From NCBI GenBank assembly GCA_003140315.1, contig PLJS01000101.1, positions 4,252-68,251 on the forward strand: a stretch of 64,000 nucleotides of DNA, written 5' to 3'. The position numbers were made by a program, and so were the translations under genes. Positions within the stretch are counted from its first letter, which is position 1. Every line of letters starts with the position of its first letter. The notes beneath the pieces are model-generated. The model worked only from the letters and a program-made list of their open reading frames with translations. It did not search any database and was not told where the DNA came from. Positions 17,368 through 26,804 of this stretch are shown one piece after another. This DNA comes from Hyphomicrobiales bacterium. GTDB lineage: Bacteria; Pseudomonadota; Alphaproteobacteria; Rhizobiales; Xanthobacteraceae.

Positions 17368-20258
17368 AAGTGGACCTTCTGGTCAACGGCGCTCGCTGCC
17401 GCCTAGACGTTGAGGCGCGGACGACGCTGGTGGACTGCCTGCGCGACCATCTCGATCTCACCAGCGTGCATACCGGCTGCGAGCATGGCATCTGCGGGGC
17501 ATGCACCGTGCTCGTCGATGGCGAGCCGGCGCGCGCCTGCCTGATGTTCGCGGTGCAGGCCGACGGCTACGCCATCACCACGGTGGATGCGCTCGCGCCG
17601 GCACCTGGCGAACTCAGCGTGATACAGGACGCGTTTTGCGAAACCCATGGCATGCAGTGCGGCTTCTGCACCTCCGGCATGCTTCTGGTTGCTCACGCGC
17701 TGCTCAGTCGCAATCCCAATCCGTCACACGCCGACATTGTCGATGCGATCTCCGGCAACATCTGCCGTTGCACCGGCTATGGCCAGATCGTCGACGCGAT
17801 CGAGCTGGCCGCGCGGCGGCTTGCGGGAACGAATATCGGTGCCCCCGGGGCCCGCATCATGAGCGGCCCGGCGTTCAAGTTTGTCTCGGCGAATCGCCGG
17901 GTACGAGAGGATCGGCGTTTCGCGGCCGGCCGGGGACATTACGTTGCGGACATCAAGCGCGACGGCATGCTGCATGTCGCGATCGTTCCGTCGTCGCATG
18001 CCGCGGCACGTATTCTCTCGATCGATGCGGCAGCGGCGCTGGCCATGCCGGGCGTGCATTATGTTGTCACCGGCGCAGAACTGGCCGCCGCCGTTGACCC
18101 GATGTTGAACGGGCTAGACACGCCGCGGGTGCGCCGCTTTTCGCTCGCTGTCGGACAGACGCGCTACTCGGGCGAATGGGTCGCGGCCGTGGTTGCCGAC
18201 ACGCGCGCCATCGCCGAAGACGCGGCCGAGCGCGTGGAGGTTGCCTACGAACCGCTTCCGCACGTGGTGGACGTCGAGCGGGCGCTCGATCCGTCGAGCC
18301 CAGAAGTCCATCCGGAGCACGGCTCTAATGTCCTGCTCGACAAGACCTTCGTCTGGGGCGAAGTAGATCGGCATTTCGCCGAAAGTCCGCGCAGCCTGTC
18401 GTTCCGCGTGACCTGGGGGCGCAACTCCACCGTACCCATCGAAACCTTCGGCGTGCTGGCATCCTGGGACCCTTGGCACGAGATGCTCGATGTCTGGGCG
18501 TCGATCCAGATGCCGAAATACGCCGAACAGATCGCGCGCGCGCTGCGGCTGCCGGCCAATGCGGTGCGGGTCCACTACGACGTGGATGTCGGCGGCAGCT
18601 ACGGCGTGAAGCGCGGCATCAAGCACACCGTGCTGGTCGCATATCTCGCCAGAAAGCTCGGCCGGCCGGTGCGACTGATCGAAGACCGGCTCGACAACAT
18701 GCGCTCCGGCGATGCGCACGGACCGGAGCGGATCTTCGATGTCTCTGTCGCATTCGACGACGCCGGCATCGTCAAATCGATGAAGATGCGCGCGCTCGAC
18801 AATGTCGGCGCCTATGCGGGACGTGCGCCGTTCCAGCTCGGCAAGCCGATCGGCGCGATCGTCGGTCCGTACAAGATCGAGAGCGTACAGTATCAGGCGC
18901 TCTCGGTGATGACCAACAAGGCCGCGCAGGAGGCGGTGCGCGGGTTCGGGCAGTCGCCGACGAACTACGCCATCGAAGCCGCGATCGACAAGGTCGCTGC
19001 CGCGATCGGGCTCGACCGGGTTGAGGTGCGGCGGCGCAATTTCATCCGCAAGGACGAGTTTCCGTATCTGATTCCGAGCGGGACGCGGTACGACAGCGGC
19101 GACTACCATACCGTGGTCGATAAGGTGCTCGCGCACGCCGACTGGTCCGGCTTGCAGCAGGAACGGGATCGCCTGCGCGAGACGGGGATGCTCGCCGGCA
19201 TTGGGATTGCCGCATGCCTGGAGCCGAGCGGCGGCAATTCGTCGTTCGAGCCTTTGCTCAATCCGAAGAACACCACGACGACCTGGATGGATTCCTGCCG
19301 CATCATCGTCGATGGACTCGGCCATGTGACGGTGGCCATCCACACGACCTCGTCCGGCCAGGGCCACGAGACGCTGGCCGCGACCGTCGTCGGCGAGGTG
19401 ATGGAGATCGACCCGGATCGCATTCGCGTCGTGCGGCCGGATTCGCTTGCGAGTCTTCCCAGCAACTCGCCGGTCGGGAGCCGCATGGCGGTGATGCTCG
19501 GCGGCGCCGCGTTCCATGCAGCGCAGAAGCTCAAGCGCAAGCTCACGACAATCGCCGCGCACCGGTTCGGCGTTGCAGCCGACGCGGTCGATTACGTGCA
19601 GGGCGCCGCGATCGACCGCGCGACAGGCAAGCGTCTCGAATGGGCCGATCTCATCCTGATCGCACATCGCAACATCCACCTGATGCCGGAAGGGATGGAG
19701 CCCGGGCTGGAAGTGACTCATGTGATGCAGGTGCCGACCGGGACTGCGCTGCCGACCGCCGATGGCCGGGTCCAGATGTATCCGTGCCATTCGTTCGAAT
19801 TCCATGTCGTACTCGCCGCCATCGACCCCGACCTCGGCAAGACCGAGCTGCGCCGCTACGTGATCGGCCATGACTGCGGCACCGTGATCAATCCGCATAT
19901 CGTGAAAGGAATGACGCTCGGCGGCATCGCGCACGGCATCGGCGCCGCGCTGATGGAGGAGTTCGTCTACGACGCGGACGGTCAGATGATGAGCCAATCG
20001 TTCATGGATTATCTGTTGCCTTCGTCGCACGAGGTGCCGAGCGTTGAGATCGTGCATCACTGCACGCCGTCGCCCTTCACGGTGCTTGGTCAGAAAGGCT
20101 CCGGCGAATCCGGCTACCTCGGCGCGCCTGCGGCCATCGCGGGCGCGATCAATGATGCCGTTTCCTCGCTCGGGATATCATTCGACAAGCTCCCCATTCG
20201 CCTGACCGCAATCAGCGACGCCGTCGCGGCCGCGCGTGAGTCGACCGGAGGACAATGA
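17364..20258 (+). CDS. fused [2Fe-2S] small subunit :: molybdopterin-binding large subunit of a xanthine-dehydrogenase-family hydroxylase
   Basis: About 964 aa from ATG 17364. The N-terminal ~160 aa carry CEHGICGACTV, CGFCTSG and CRCTGY. The rest resembles CoxL/XdhB-type large subunits, with the loop AVRGFGQSP and no CODH AYxCSFR motif. Confidence 0.85.
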   Translation: MKVDLLVNGARCRLDVEARTTLVDCLRDHLDLTSVHTGCEHGICGACTVLVDGEPARACLMFAVQADGYAITTVDALAPAPGELSVIQDAFCETHGMQCGFCTSGMLLVAHALLSRNPNPSHADIVDAISGNICRCTGYGQIVDAIELAARRLAGTNIGAPGARIMSGPAFKFVSANRRVREDRRFAAGRGHYVADIKRDGMLHVAIVPSSHAAARILSIDAAAALAMPGVHYVVTGAELAAAVDPMLNGLDTPRVRRFSLAVGQTRYSGEWVAAVVADTRAIAEDAAERVEVAYEPLPHVVDVERALDPSSPEVHPEHGSNVLLDKTFVWGEVDRHFAESPRSLSFRVTWGRNSTVPIETFGVLASWDPWHEMLDVWASIQMPKYAEQIARALRLPANAVRVHYDVDVGGSYGVKRGIKHTVLVAYLARKLGRPVRLIEDRLDNMRSGDAHGPERIFDVSVAFDDAGIVKSMKMRALDNVGAYAGRAPFQLGKPIGAIVGPYKIESVQYQALSVMTNKAAQEAVRGFGQSPTNYAIEAAIDKVAAAIGLDRVEVRRRNFIRKDEFPYLIPSGTRYDSGDYHTVVDKVLAHADWSGLQQERDRLRETGMLAGIGIAACLEPSGGNSSFEPLLNPKNTTTTWMDSCRIIVDGLGHVTVAIHTTSSGQGHETLAATVVGEVMEIDPDRIRVVRPDSLASLPSNSPVGSRMAVMLGGAAFHAAQKLKRKLTTIAAHRFGVAADAVDYVQGAAIDRATGKRLEWADLILIAHRNIHLMPEGMEPGLEVTHVMQVPTGTALPTADGRVQMYPCHSFEFHVVLAAIDPDLGKTELRRYVIGHDCGTVINPHIVKGMTLGGIAHGIGAALMEEFVYDADGQMMSQSFMDYLLPSSHEVPSVEIVHHCTPSPFTVLGQKGSGESGYLGAPAAIAGAINDAVSSLGISFDKLPIRLTAISDAVAAARESTGGQ

Positions 20259-20261
20259 TCA

Positions 20262-21239
20262 ATGGTGATCGACTGCCACGCGCATTTCGTGTCCCCGAGC
20301 CTGCTCGACGCCGTCCGGCGCGAGGACGCGACGTTTCCGTCGCTGCGCCTCGTCGATGACGGCGCGGCGTTCGGCTTCTCGTTCAGTGGCGGCAAGCCGA
20401 CCCGGCCGGTGTCTAAGCCGCTGAGCGATCTGGCCGGGCGCCTCAAATGGATGGACAATAACAAGATCGAGCGGCAGGTGGTCGGCGGCTGGCTCGACAT
20501 GTTCGGCTACGAGCTGCCGCCGGAGGAAGGCGCCCGCTGGGCGCGGCTCGCGAACGAGCATCTCCTTGCCGCAGCGAAATCGCAGCCGCGCCTTATTCCA
20601 CTCGCGACCGTGCCGTTGCAGGAAGGCGTGCGCGCCGCCGAGGTGTTGCGAGAGGCGCACGCGGCGGGCTTTGCCGGCGCCATGATCGGGACGCAGCCGA
20701 AGGGAGTCGGCGGCGTGCTCGACGATCCATCACTCGACCCGTTCTGGAGCGCAGCCGACGAGTTGGGCAGCGCGCTTTTCATTCATCCGGTTTTCGAGAG
20801 CGGCGACAACCGTGTGCACGACTACGGTATGGCCAATGCGATCGGACGCATCACCGATACGCTGATCGCGGTGAGCCGCATCATCTATTCGGGCCACATC
20901 CTGCGCTATCGCAACGCCAAGGTGATCGTCGGGATCGGCGGGGCTGCGCTGCCCTATGTAGTTGGCCGCCTGCGTCGCAACTATTCGCTCGACCGCGAAA
21001 AATTGGGCGATCCCGACGCGAGCCTGGCCGCGCTCTACTATGATACGCTTGTGCACGATCCGAAAGTGCTGCGCTTCCTTGCCGACCAAGTGGGCGCCGA
21101 TCGGATCATGCTCGGCTCGGACATGCCGTTCCCGATCGGTGACGTCGCTCCCGGTAAGATCATCGAACAGGCCGGATTTTCCGCAAACGAAGTCGCATCC
21201 ATCACCGGCGGCTTGGCGCAACGGCTTTTCATCCGATAG
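20262..21239 (+). CDS. amidohydrolase-2 family protein (ACMSD/LigW/IDCase-type non-oxidative decarboxylase or hydratase homologue)
   Basis: 325-aa ORF. The N-terminal metal motif VIDCHAHF and the overall length are typical of the amidohydrolase_2 family. Confidence 0.8.
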   Translation: MVIDCHAHFVSPSLLDAVRREDATFPSLRLVDDGAAFGFSFSGGKPTRPVSKPLSDLAGRLKWMDNNKIERQVVGGWLDMFGYELPPEEGARWARLANEHLLAAAKSQPRLIPLATVPLQEGVRAAEVLREAHAAGFAGAMIGTQPKGVGGVLDDPSLDPFWSAADELGSALFIHPVFESGDNRVHDYGMANAIGRITDTLIAVSRIIYSGHILRYRNAKVIVGIGGAALPYVVGRLRRNYSLDREKLGDPDASLAALYYDTLVHDPKVLRFLADQVGADRIMLGSDMPFPIGDVAPGKIIEQAGFSANEVASITGGLAQRLFIR

Positions 21240-21273
21240 ATGCGGCGTGGTGGCCGAACGGGCAGGGGAACGC

Positions 21274-22248
21274 ATGACTGGATTGAGGCTGAGGGCATTT
21301 GCCTTGTGCGTCGCGGGCTGCATGAGCCTCGCAAGTGCCGTTCAGGCCGCAAGCCTGGAGAACCTATCGATCGTCGTGTTCGGTGCTCCTTCGCTCGGCG
21401 CCTTTCTTCCGCCTGTCATCAAGCATCTGAAGCTCGATGAGCAGAACGGACTTTCGATTACTTTCGTTGAGCGCACTCCGGATGCCTACACGGCGCAATT
21501 CAATTCGGGTGAGTTTCTGATCGGCGGCAGCGCATCGCTGCTCACCGTTGGCCAGGCGGACCTGCGCGGCGTCAAGGTCGCGTATCTGTTCAACCTCTTC
21601 GATTATTGGGGCGCGGTCGTCACGTCCCGCCCCGAGGTCAAGACCTTGCGCGACCTGGAAGGCAAGGAGCTCGCCGCGGCGCGCGGCACCACCAACTACC
21701 TGATGTTCGACTGGTTCGCGCGCCAGCAAGGCGTCGACCCGATGAAGCTTTCCGTGGTCAATACCGCGACGCCCGGTCTCATCGGCTACGCGCTTGCCGA
21801 CCGCGCCGCCGCGGTCCAGCTTTGGGAGCCGGCTTATACAATCTTGCTCTCCAAGAAGCCCTCGCTGCGAACCCTCGATCTCCAGATCGCCGAGAAGTGG
21901 ACAGCGTTCGCAGGCAGCCGCAACATTCCGTATCTCGGCGTCGCCGCGCACATCGACTGGATCGACCAGCATCGGGAGACCGTCCCGAAGCTCTATGCGA
22001 CGTACAAGGCGGCCGCGGACTGGATCGTCGCGCATCCCGACGAGGCCGCGATGCTGATATCGCCGAAGGGCTCGACCGACGATCAGAAAGCGTTGGCCGA
22101 CCTGATCAGGTCGAACGAGCGGCTCGGGCTCAATGTCCGCTGGGCGTCCGACGTGCGCAAGGAAATCGAAGCGGTCTATGCGGCTGGCAAGTCCATCGGC
22201 TTCCTTGGCGCCGACCCCGCTAAGACGAGTATCTATCAGGTGCAATAG
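21274..22248 (+). CDS. ABC substrate-binding protein (NitT/TauT, NMT1-like)
   Basis: In-frame ATG 21274 within ORF 20962..22248. Signal peptide MTGLRLRAFALCVAGCMSLASAVQA. Followed by cognate permease and ATPase genes. Confidence 0.8.
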   Translation: MTGLRLRAFALCVAGCMSLASAVQAASLENLSIVVFGAPSLGAFLPPVIKHLKLDEQNGLSITFVERTPDAYTAQFNSGEFLIGGSASLLTVGQADLRGVKVAYLFNLFDYWGAVVTSRPEVKTLRDLEGKELAAARGTTNYLMFDWFARQQGVDPMKLSVVNTATPGLIGYALADRAAAVQLWEPAYTILLSKKPSLRTLDLQIAEKWTAFAGSRNIPYLGVAAHIDWIDQHRETVPKLYATYKAAADWIVAHPDEAAMLISPKGSTDDQKALADLIRSNERLGLNVRWASDVRKEIEAVYAAGKSIGFLGADPAKTSIYQVQ

Positions 22249-22256
22249 GCGGACGA

Positions 22257-23054
22257 ATGGCACGGTCTATGAGGAAGAGGGGCGCGTTTCCGCACACCGC
22301 GATGCGCGCGGCGGAGATTCTCGCGCCATTTCTTCTGCTCGCGGCCGTTTGGCAGATCGCATCGTACAATTTTCCGAGTTATCTGTTCCCGTCCCTCATT
22401 GACGTGTTTGTGCACACGATCGCGATCTTCGCGAGCTGGTCACTATTCGCGGAAGTTTTGGCGACGGTCGGCCGGATTCTTGCGGGACTCGTGGGCGCTT
22501 TCCTGCTCGGAACCGCGATTGCGACGGTCATGGCGAGATTCCGCGGCATCGACCGCTTCCTCGCGCCAATTCTGAATTTCTTCCAGGGAATTCCAGCTTT
22601 GTCCTGGGTGGTTTTCGCGATCATCTGGTTTCATGGAACCGAACCGCGCATCTTCTTCATCATGACGATGACGGCGTTACCTGCCTTCACGTTTCAGGTC
22701 CTCGACGCGCTGCGCGGGATGTCGAACGATCTGGTCGAGATGGTGATGTCGTTCCGGCCGACGCGCGGCAAGATGTTCCGGGTGATGATCCTGCCGGCGA
22801 TTCTTCCTGACATTCTAACGGCTTGGAAGGTCAACCTGGGGAATGCCTCGCGCGTGGTGGTCGTGGCGGAGCTCGTGGGCGCGACCGGCGGCGTCGGTTA
22901 CGAGTTGCTCCAGCAGCAGCAGATCTTCGACATGGCCGGCGCGCTTGCATGGACGCTGCAGCTCGTTTTTTTCGTCCTGATCATGCAAAAGATCATTGCG
23001 CTGATCGAAGCTTACGCCTTCCGCTATCGCGCGATATCGGAGCGCTCGCTGTGA
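22257..23054 (+). CDS. ABC transporter permease (NitT/TauT family)
   Basis: 265-aa hydrophobic ORF of BPD_transp_1 type. The stop overlaps the next gene's start (GTGA at 23051-23054). Confidence 0.9.
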   Translation: MARSMRKRGAFPHTAMRAAEILAPFLLLAAVWQIASYNFPSYLFPSLIDVFVHTIAIFASWSLFAEVLATVGRILAGLVGAFLLGTAIATVMARFRGIDRFLAPILNFFQGIPALSWVVFAIIWFHGTEPRIFFIMTMTALPAFTFQVLDALRGMSNDLVEMVMSFRPTRGKMFRVMILPAILPDILTAWKVNLGNASRVVVVAELVGATGGVGYELLQQQQIFDMAGALAWTLQLVFFVLIMQKIIALIEAYAFRYRAISERSL

Positions 23055-23824
23055 CGCTGGCCGCCGACGCGCGAGAAGCCGAAATTCATCTAGAACATGT
23101 GTCGAAATGGTTCGGCCGCGGCGAAAATGATGCCGAGATGCTTCGTGCTGTCGACGGCCTTGATATCAGCATCGCCCGTGGCGAGATGGTCGCCCTGCTC
23201 GGCAAGACCGGGTGCGGCAAGTCCACGACATTCAATATGATTTGCGGCCTCCTCGCGCCCTCCGAGGGTACCGTGCGGGTGCAAGGCTGCGATCCGTTCA
23301 AGAATTTCAACGACTTGCGCGGCAAGATCGCGGTCGTATTCCAGAACGATCGTCTGCTGCCGTGGCGTACCGCCATCGGCAATGTCGAACTCGGCCTTGA
23401 GATGCTCGACATGCCACGCCCCGAGGGGCGCAAGATCGCCCAGTCCTGGCTCTCGCGGCTCGGTCTTGAGGGCCATGAGAACGATTATCCGCACGCGCTG
23501 TCCGGAGGTATGCGCCAGCGAGTCAGCATCGCCCGCGCGTTCGCGACCGACGCGAGCATACTGCTGTGCGACGAGCCATTCTCGGCGCTGGACGAGATCA
23601 CGGGTCAGCGCCTGCGCGAGGAGTTCGCCAATCTCGTGCGCGAGAACCGCAAGACGGCGGTCTTCATAACTCATTCGATCAATGAAGCGTTGCAGATCGG
23701 CGACCGCGTCGTCGTCATGACGCGCCCGGCGAAAATCGCCTATGACGTCAGGCTTGGAGACGGTGCGACCTCCGAACAGAATGCAGCAATCCGCGCGCGC
23801 ATCCAGGACGTCCTTGCGGCGTGA
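23051..23824 (+). CDS. ABC transporter ATP-binding protein (NitT/TauT family)
   Basis: In-frame GTG 23051 within ORF 22823..23824. Walker A GKTGCGKST, signature LSGGMRQRVSIARAF and Walker B LLCDEPFSALD. Confidence 0.9.
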   Translation: MTLAADAREAEIHLEHVSKWFGRGENDAEMLRAVDGLDISIARGEMVALLGKTGCGKSTTFNMICGLLAPSEGTVRVQGCDPFKNFNDLRGKIAVVFQNDRLLPWRTAIGNVELGLEMLDMPRPEGRKIAQSWLSRLGLEGHENDYPHALSGGMRQRVSIARAFATDASILLCDEPFSALDEITGQRLREEFANLVRENRKTAVFITHSINEALQIGDRVVVMTRPAKIAYDVRLGDGATSEQNAAIRARIQDVLAA

Positions 23825-23878
23825 GAAAGCAGATCCCGTGGCTATGATGAGAGCCGGCCCCGCTATCGTTGACAAGCC

Positions 23879-25279
23879 GTGAGCGCAACGCCGCGAAACC
23901 TGCTCGTCGTCGGTCAGGGAGCGGCGGGACTTGCGGCCGCGCTTTCGGCCGCCGAAGAAGCGCGCAAGCGGGGATCGCCGATCCGCGTCACGGTCATCGA
24001 CAAAGCTTCGGCGGACGAAGCCGGCGGAAATACACGCTGGTCGCCATCCTATATGCGCATGGCGACGCCGGATCGCGTGGAGCCGGGCTTCGTACACGAC
24101 ATGCTCGTCGCCACCCGATTTCAGGGGGACAAAAGCTATTTTGCCCGCTTGGCCGATGACACCCCCGCGACTGTGGCATGGACTGCGTCTCACGGCGTCG
24201 ATTTCATTCAACCGACGTACTACCTCGCGAAGGGGCCGCCGCGCATCCAGCCGGCCGGCGGCGGGGCGGCTCTCGTGAAGACGCTGACGTACGCGGCCAG
24301 GCAAGCGGGCGTGATCTTCCATCATGGCTGCGTCGCGCATGAACTTCTCGCCGAAAGCGGTCGCATCACGGGGCTGGTGGCGATGCGCCACGGTGCAGAC
24401 GAGATAATTTCTGCCGATGCCGTCATTCTCGCCTGTGGCGGCTTTCAGGGTAACGGCGACATGATGCGGAAGCATTTCGGGCCCGGCGCGGAGACAATGC
24501 AGCTGCTCTCGCCTGGCACGCGCTTCGGTACGGGTGAAGGCATTCGCATGGCACTGGCGCTCGGCGCCGCCCGTGCGGGCGATTGGAACGGCATGCACGC
24601 GGAGCCCGTCGACGCGCGAGCCAAGAACTCCGCGCCGGTCGTTCTCGTCTATCCCTATGGCATCGTCGTCGACAGGCAAGGCCGCCGCTTTGTCGACGAG
24701 GGCGCAGGCTTTGTACACGAGACCTGGGAATGGCTTGCGCGCGACGTGCACTTCAAGACTCCGGGTTCCAAGGCGTACGCGATTCTCGACAGCCGCCTGT
24801 TGGAGATCGCCGACTATCAGCGCGCCATCCGCTCCGAAGTGCCGGCCGTGCGTGCCGACACGCTCGCCGCGCTGGCGAGACTCATTGAGGTCGACGCCGA
24901 GACCCTCGGCGCCACCGTCGCGGTCTACAACGCCGCCTGCGTGGGCGATCCGAAGATTTTCGACGCCACACGCTGCGACGGTCTTGCGGCCAGTAGCGTG
25001 CTTAAGCCGCCGAAGTCGAACTGGGCCCGCGCCGTCGTCATCCCGCCATTCTTCGCCTACCCGCTGGTCGGCGCCGTGGCCTACACATTTGGCGGTCTCG
25101 CGACCGACGACCACGCCCGCGTGTTGCGCGACGACGCGCCCATACCGGGCCTGTACGCGGCCGGCGAGATGACCGGGCACTTCTATGACACAGCGCCAAA
25201 CGCTGTGTCGGTGCTGCGCGCCTTGGTGTTCGGAAGAATTGCGGGCCGCAAGGCGGTTGCGGAATTGGGAGCCCGATAA
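23879..25279 (+). CDS. FAD-dependent oxidoreductase, fumarate-reductase/TcuA (tricarballylate dehydrogenase)-like flavoprotein
   Basis: 466-aa ORF with an N-terminal dinucleotide fold (LLVVGQGAAGLAAALSAAE) and a C-terminal GLYAAGEMTG motif typical of FAD_binding_2 enzymes. No partner TcuB-like gene is seen. Confidence 0.75.
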   Translation: MSATPRNLLVVGQGAAGLAAALSAAEEARKRGSPIRVTVIDKASADEAGGNTRWSPSYMRMATPDRVEPGFVHDMLVATRFQGDKSYFARLADDTPATVAWTASHGVDFIQPTYYLAKGPPRIQPAGGGAALVKTLTYAARQAGVIFHHGCVAHELLAESGRITGLVAMRHGADEIISADAVILACGGFQGNGDMMRKHFGPGAETMQLLSPGTRFGTGEGIRMALALGAARAGDWNGMHAEPVDARAKNSAPVVLVYPYGIVVDRQGRRFVDEGAGFVHETWEWLARDVHFKTPGSKAYAILDSRLLEIADYQRAIRSEVPAVRADTLAALARLIEVDAETLGATVAVYNAACVGDPKIFDATRCDGLAASSVLKPPKSNWARAVVIPPFFAYPLVGAVAYTFGGLATDDHARVLRDDAPIPGLYAAGEMTGHFYDTAPNAVSVLRALVFGRIAGRKAVAELGAR

Positions 25280-25586
25280 CCGGGTCATTATTCGGAGCTC
25301 GCTATTTCGACTTCCACTTTTTGGGGTCGGACCAGCCTTTCTGCCGACGCGCCTGCTGGGTCTTGTTCAGCAGGTCGATCGTCGACGAGCTTCGTCGCAA
25401 CAAGATCGTGGGCGCCGCGAAAGCGCAAGAAATAACGTCAAGTTAAGTTCCTACGTCTTGGTTATTGACGCCGGAGAGGCCCATCTTCATGGTCGTCGCG
25501 GGACGCAGCCGACGAGGGGCGGCCCCGAAGGCGAAAGAGCCCAAGCCGAAACCGGGCGCACGTCAAAAAATCAAGGAGGGAACCCC

Positions 25587-26738
25587 ATGCTACGCTCAGG
25601 ATTGTATGTCTCCCTGGTCGCTGCCGCGCTTGGCGTCGCCAGTCCGGCCTTCGCTCAATCGACGCCAACCTCCGTTTACATTCCCGCCATCCTTGAATTG
25701 TCGGGTCCGGGCGCCGTGTCCGGTACCAATTTCCGCGATGGGATGCTTTTGGCGATCGATGAAATCAACGCCAAGGGCGGCATTCTCGGCCGCAAGATCG
25801 ACACGCCGCTGCTCGACACGCAGAGCGACGCCAGCATCTCGCGCGCGCAAGTCCAGAAGGTGCTCGACAACAAGCCCTACGTCATCCTCGGTCCGGTGTT
25901 CTCCGGCTCGGTGCTCGTCGACATGGCGCTGACACAAAAGGCCGAGATTCCCGAGATCGTCGGCGGCGAGGCTGCGGCGATTACCCAGAAGAACAATCCG
26001 TATGTGTTCCGCACCTCGTTCGGCCAGCAGTTCAGCATGCCGAAGATCGCCAACTACATTCGGGACGGCATCAAGGCCAAGACGGTCGCCGTATTGTGGG
26101 TGAACAACGATTTCGGCAAAGGCGGACGGGACAATTTCATCAAGGAAATGGCGTCACGCAACATCAAGGTCGTGGCCGATGTCTCCACCGAATCCGGCCA
26201 GGCCGACTTCTCCGCCGACGTGGTGAAGATCAAGGCCGCCAATGCTGACGCGATTTTCGTCTACACCAACGAAGAAGAGAGCGCTCGTTTCCTCAGGGAA
26301 GCGAAGAAGCAAGGCATCAAGTCCCCGCTCATCGGCGAAACCACCTTGCTCGGTCAGAAGGTGATCGATCTCGCGGAAGGCGCGGCCGACGGCGTGCGCG
26401 GCCATGTCGGTCTTACCGTCGATGCGCCGAATCCCGCAGTCAAGGAGTTCGCCGAGCGATTCAAAAAGCGGTTCAACTACGTGTGCGATCACAACGGCAT
26501 CAAGGGCTATCTCGCCGTCTACTTCATCAAATATGTGACCGAGAAGATGGGCAAGTTCGACAGCAAGGCGTTTGCCCAAACGGCTCACGGTCTCACCATT
26601 ACGCCCAAGCAGGAGCCCGGCATTTTGATGGAAGCAACTTGGGACCAGAACGGCGACATCGATCGCGAGAGCTTCTTGGGCGAGGTCGTGAACGGCAAAC
26701 AGAAGATCGTCGAGACACTGCCGAAGCTGGGCAAATAA
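25587..26738 (+). CDS. Liv-type (branched-chain amino acid/aromatic acid family) ABC substrate-binding protein
   Basis: In-frame ATG 25587 after AAGGAGGG. Signal peptide MLRSGLYVSLVAAALGVASPAFAQ. Type-1 periplasmic binding fold pattern (..GPVFSG.., ..NNDFGKG..). Confidence 0.85.
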   Translation: MLRSGLYVSLVAAALGVASPAFAQSTPTSVYIPAILELSGPGAVSGTNFRDGMLLAIDEINAKGGILGRKIDTPLLDTQSDASISRAQVQKVLDNKPYVILGPVFSGSVLVDMALTQKAEIPEIVGGEAAAITQKNNPYVFRTSFGQQFSMPKIANYIRDGIKAKTVAVLWVNNDFGKGGRDNFIKEMASRNIKVVADVSTESGQADFSADVVKIKAANADAIFVYTNEEESARFLREAKKQGIKSPLIGETTLLGQKVIDLAEGAADGVRGHVGLTVDAPNPAVKEFAERFKKRFNYVCDHNGIKGYLAVYFIKYVTEKMGKFDSKAFAQTAHGLTITPKQEPGILMEATWDQNGDIDRESFLGEVVNGKQKIVETLPKLGK

Positions 26739-26804
26739 CGATCGTCATCTTCAAGTCCTTCCGCCTGGCGGCAATGGCCGGGCGGGAGCCGAGCGCGAGC
26801 GCCG

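Noticed and set aside
18114-20060. 648-aa ORF antisense to the molybdopterin large subunit
   Set aside because: It is the same kind of high-GC antisense artefact, with no motifs. The sense strand encodes a convincing xanthine-dehydrogenase-family protein.
16477-20258. Calling the CoxM-like plus S::L genes an aerobic CO dehydrogenase (coxMSL)
   Set aside because: The active-site-loop region reads AVRGFGQSP, not the CODH AYxCSFR motif. The small and large subunits are fused, and no coxDEFG-type accessory genes are nearby.
23090-25288. 732-aa ORF on the minus strand, antisense to the ABC ATPase and TcuA-like genes
   Set aside because: It is a typical high-GC shadow ORF. The translation is Arg/Ala/Gly-rich with no recognisable motif, whereas the plus-strand genes carry clear Walker and FAD motifs.
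25302-25403. Short basic minus-strand ORF (..LLRRSSSTIDLLNKTQQARRQKGWSDPKKWKSK*) in the 300-nt gap before the Liv-type SBP gene
   Set aside because: The third-position GC is coding-like over about 27 codons. However, only TTG starts are available, there is no RBS, I recognise no motif, and it is too short to distinguish a gene remnant from chance.
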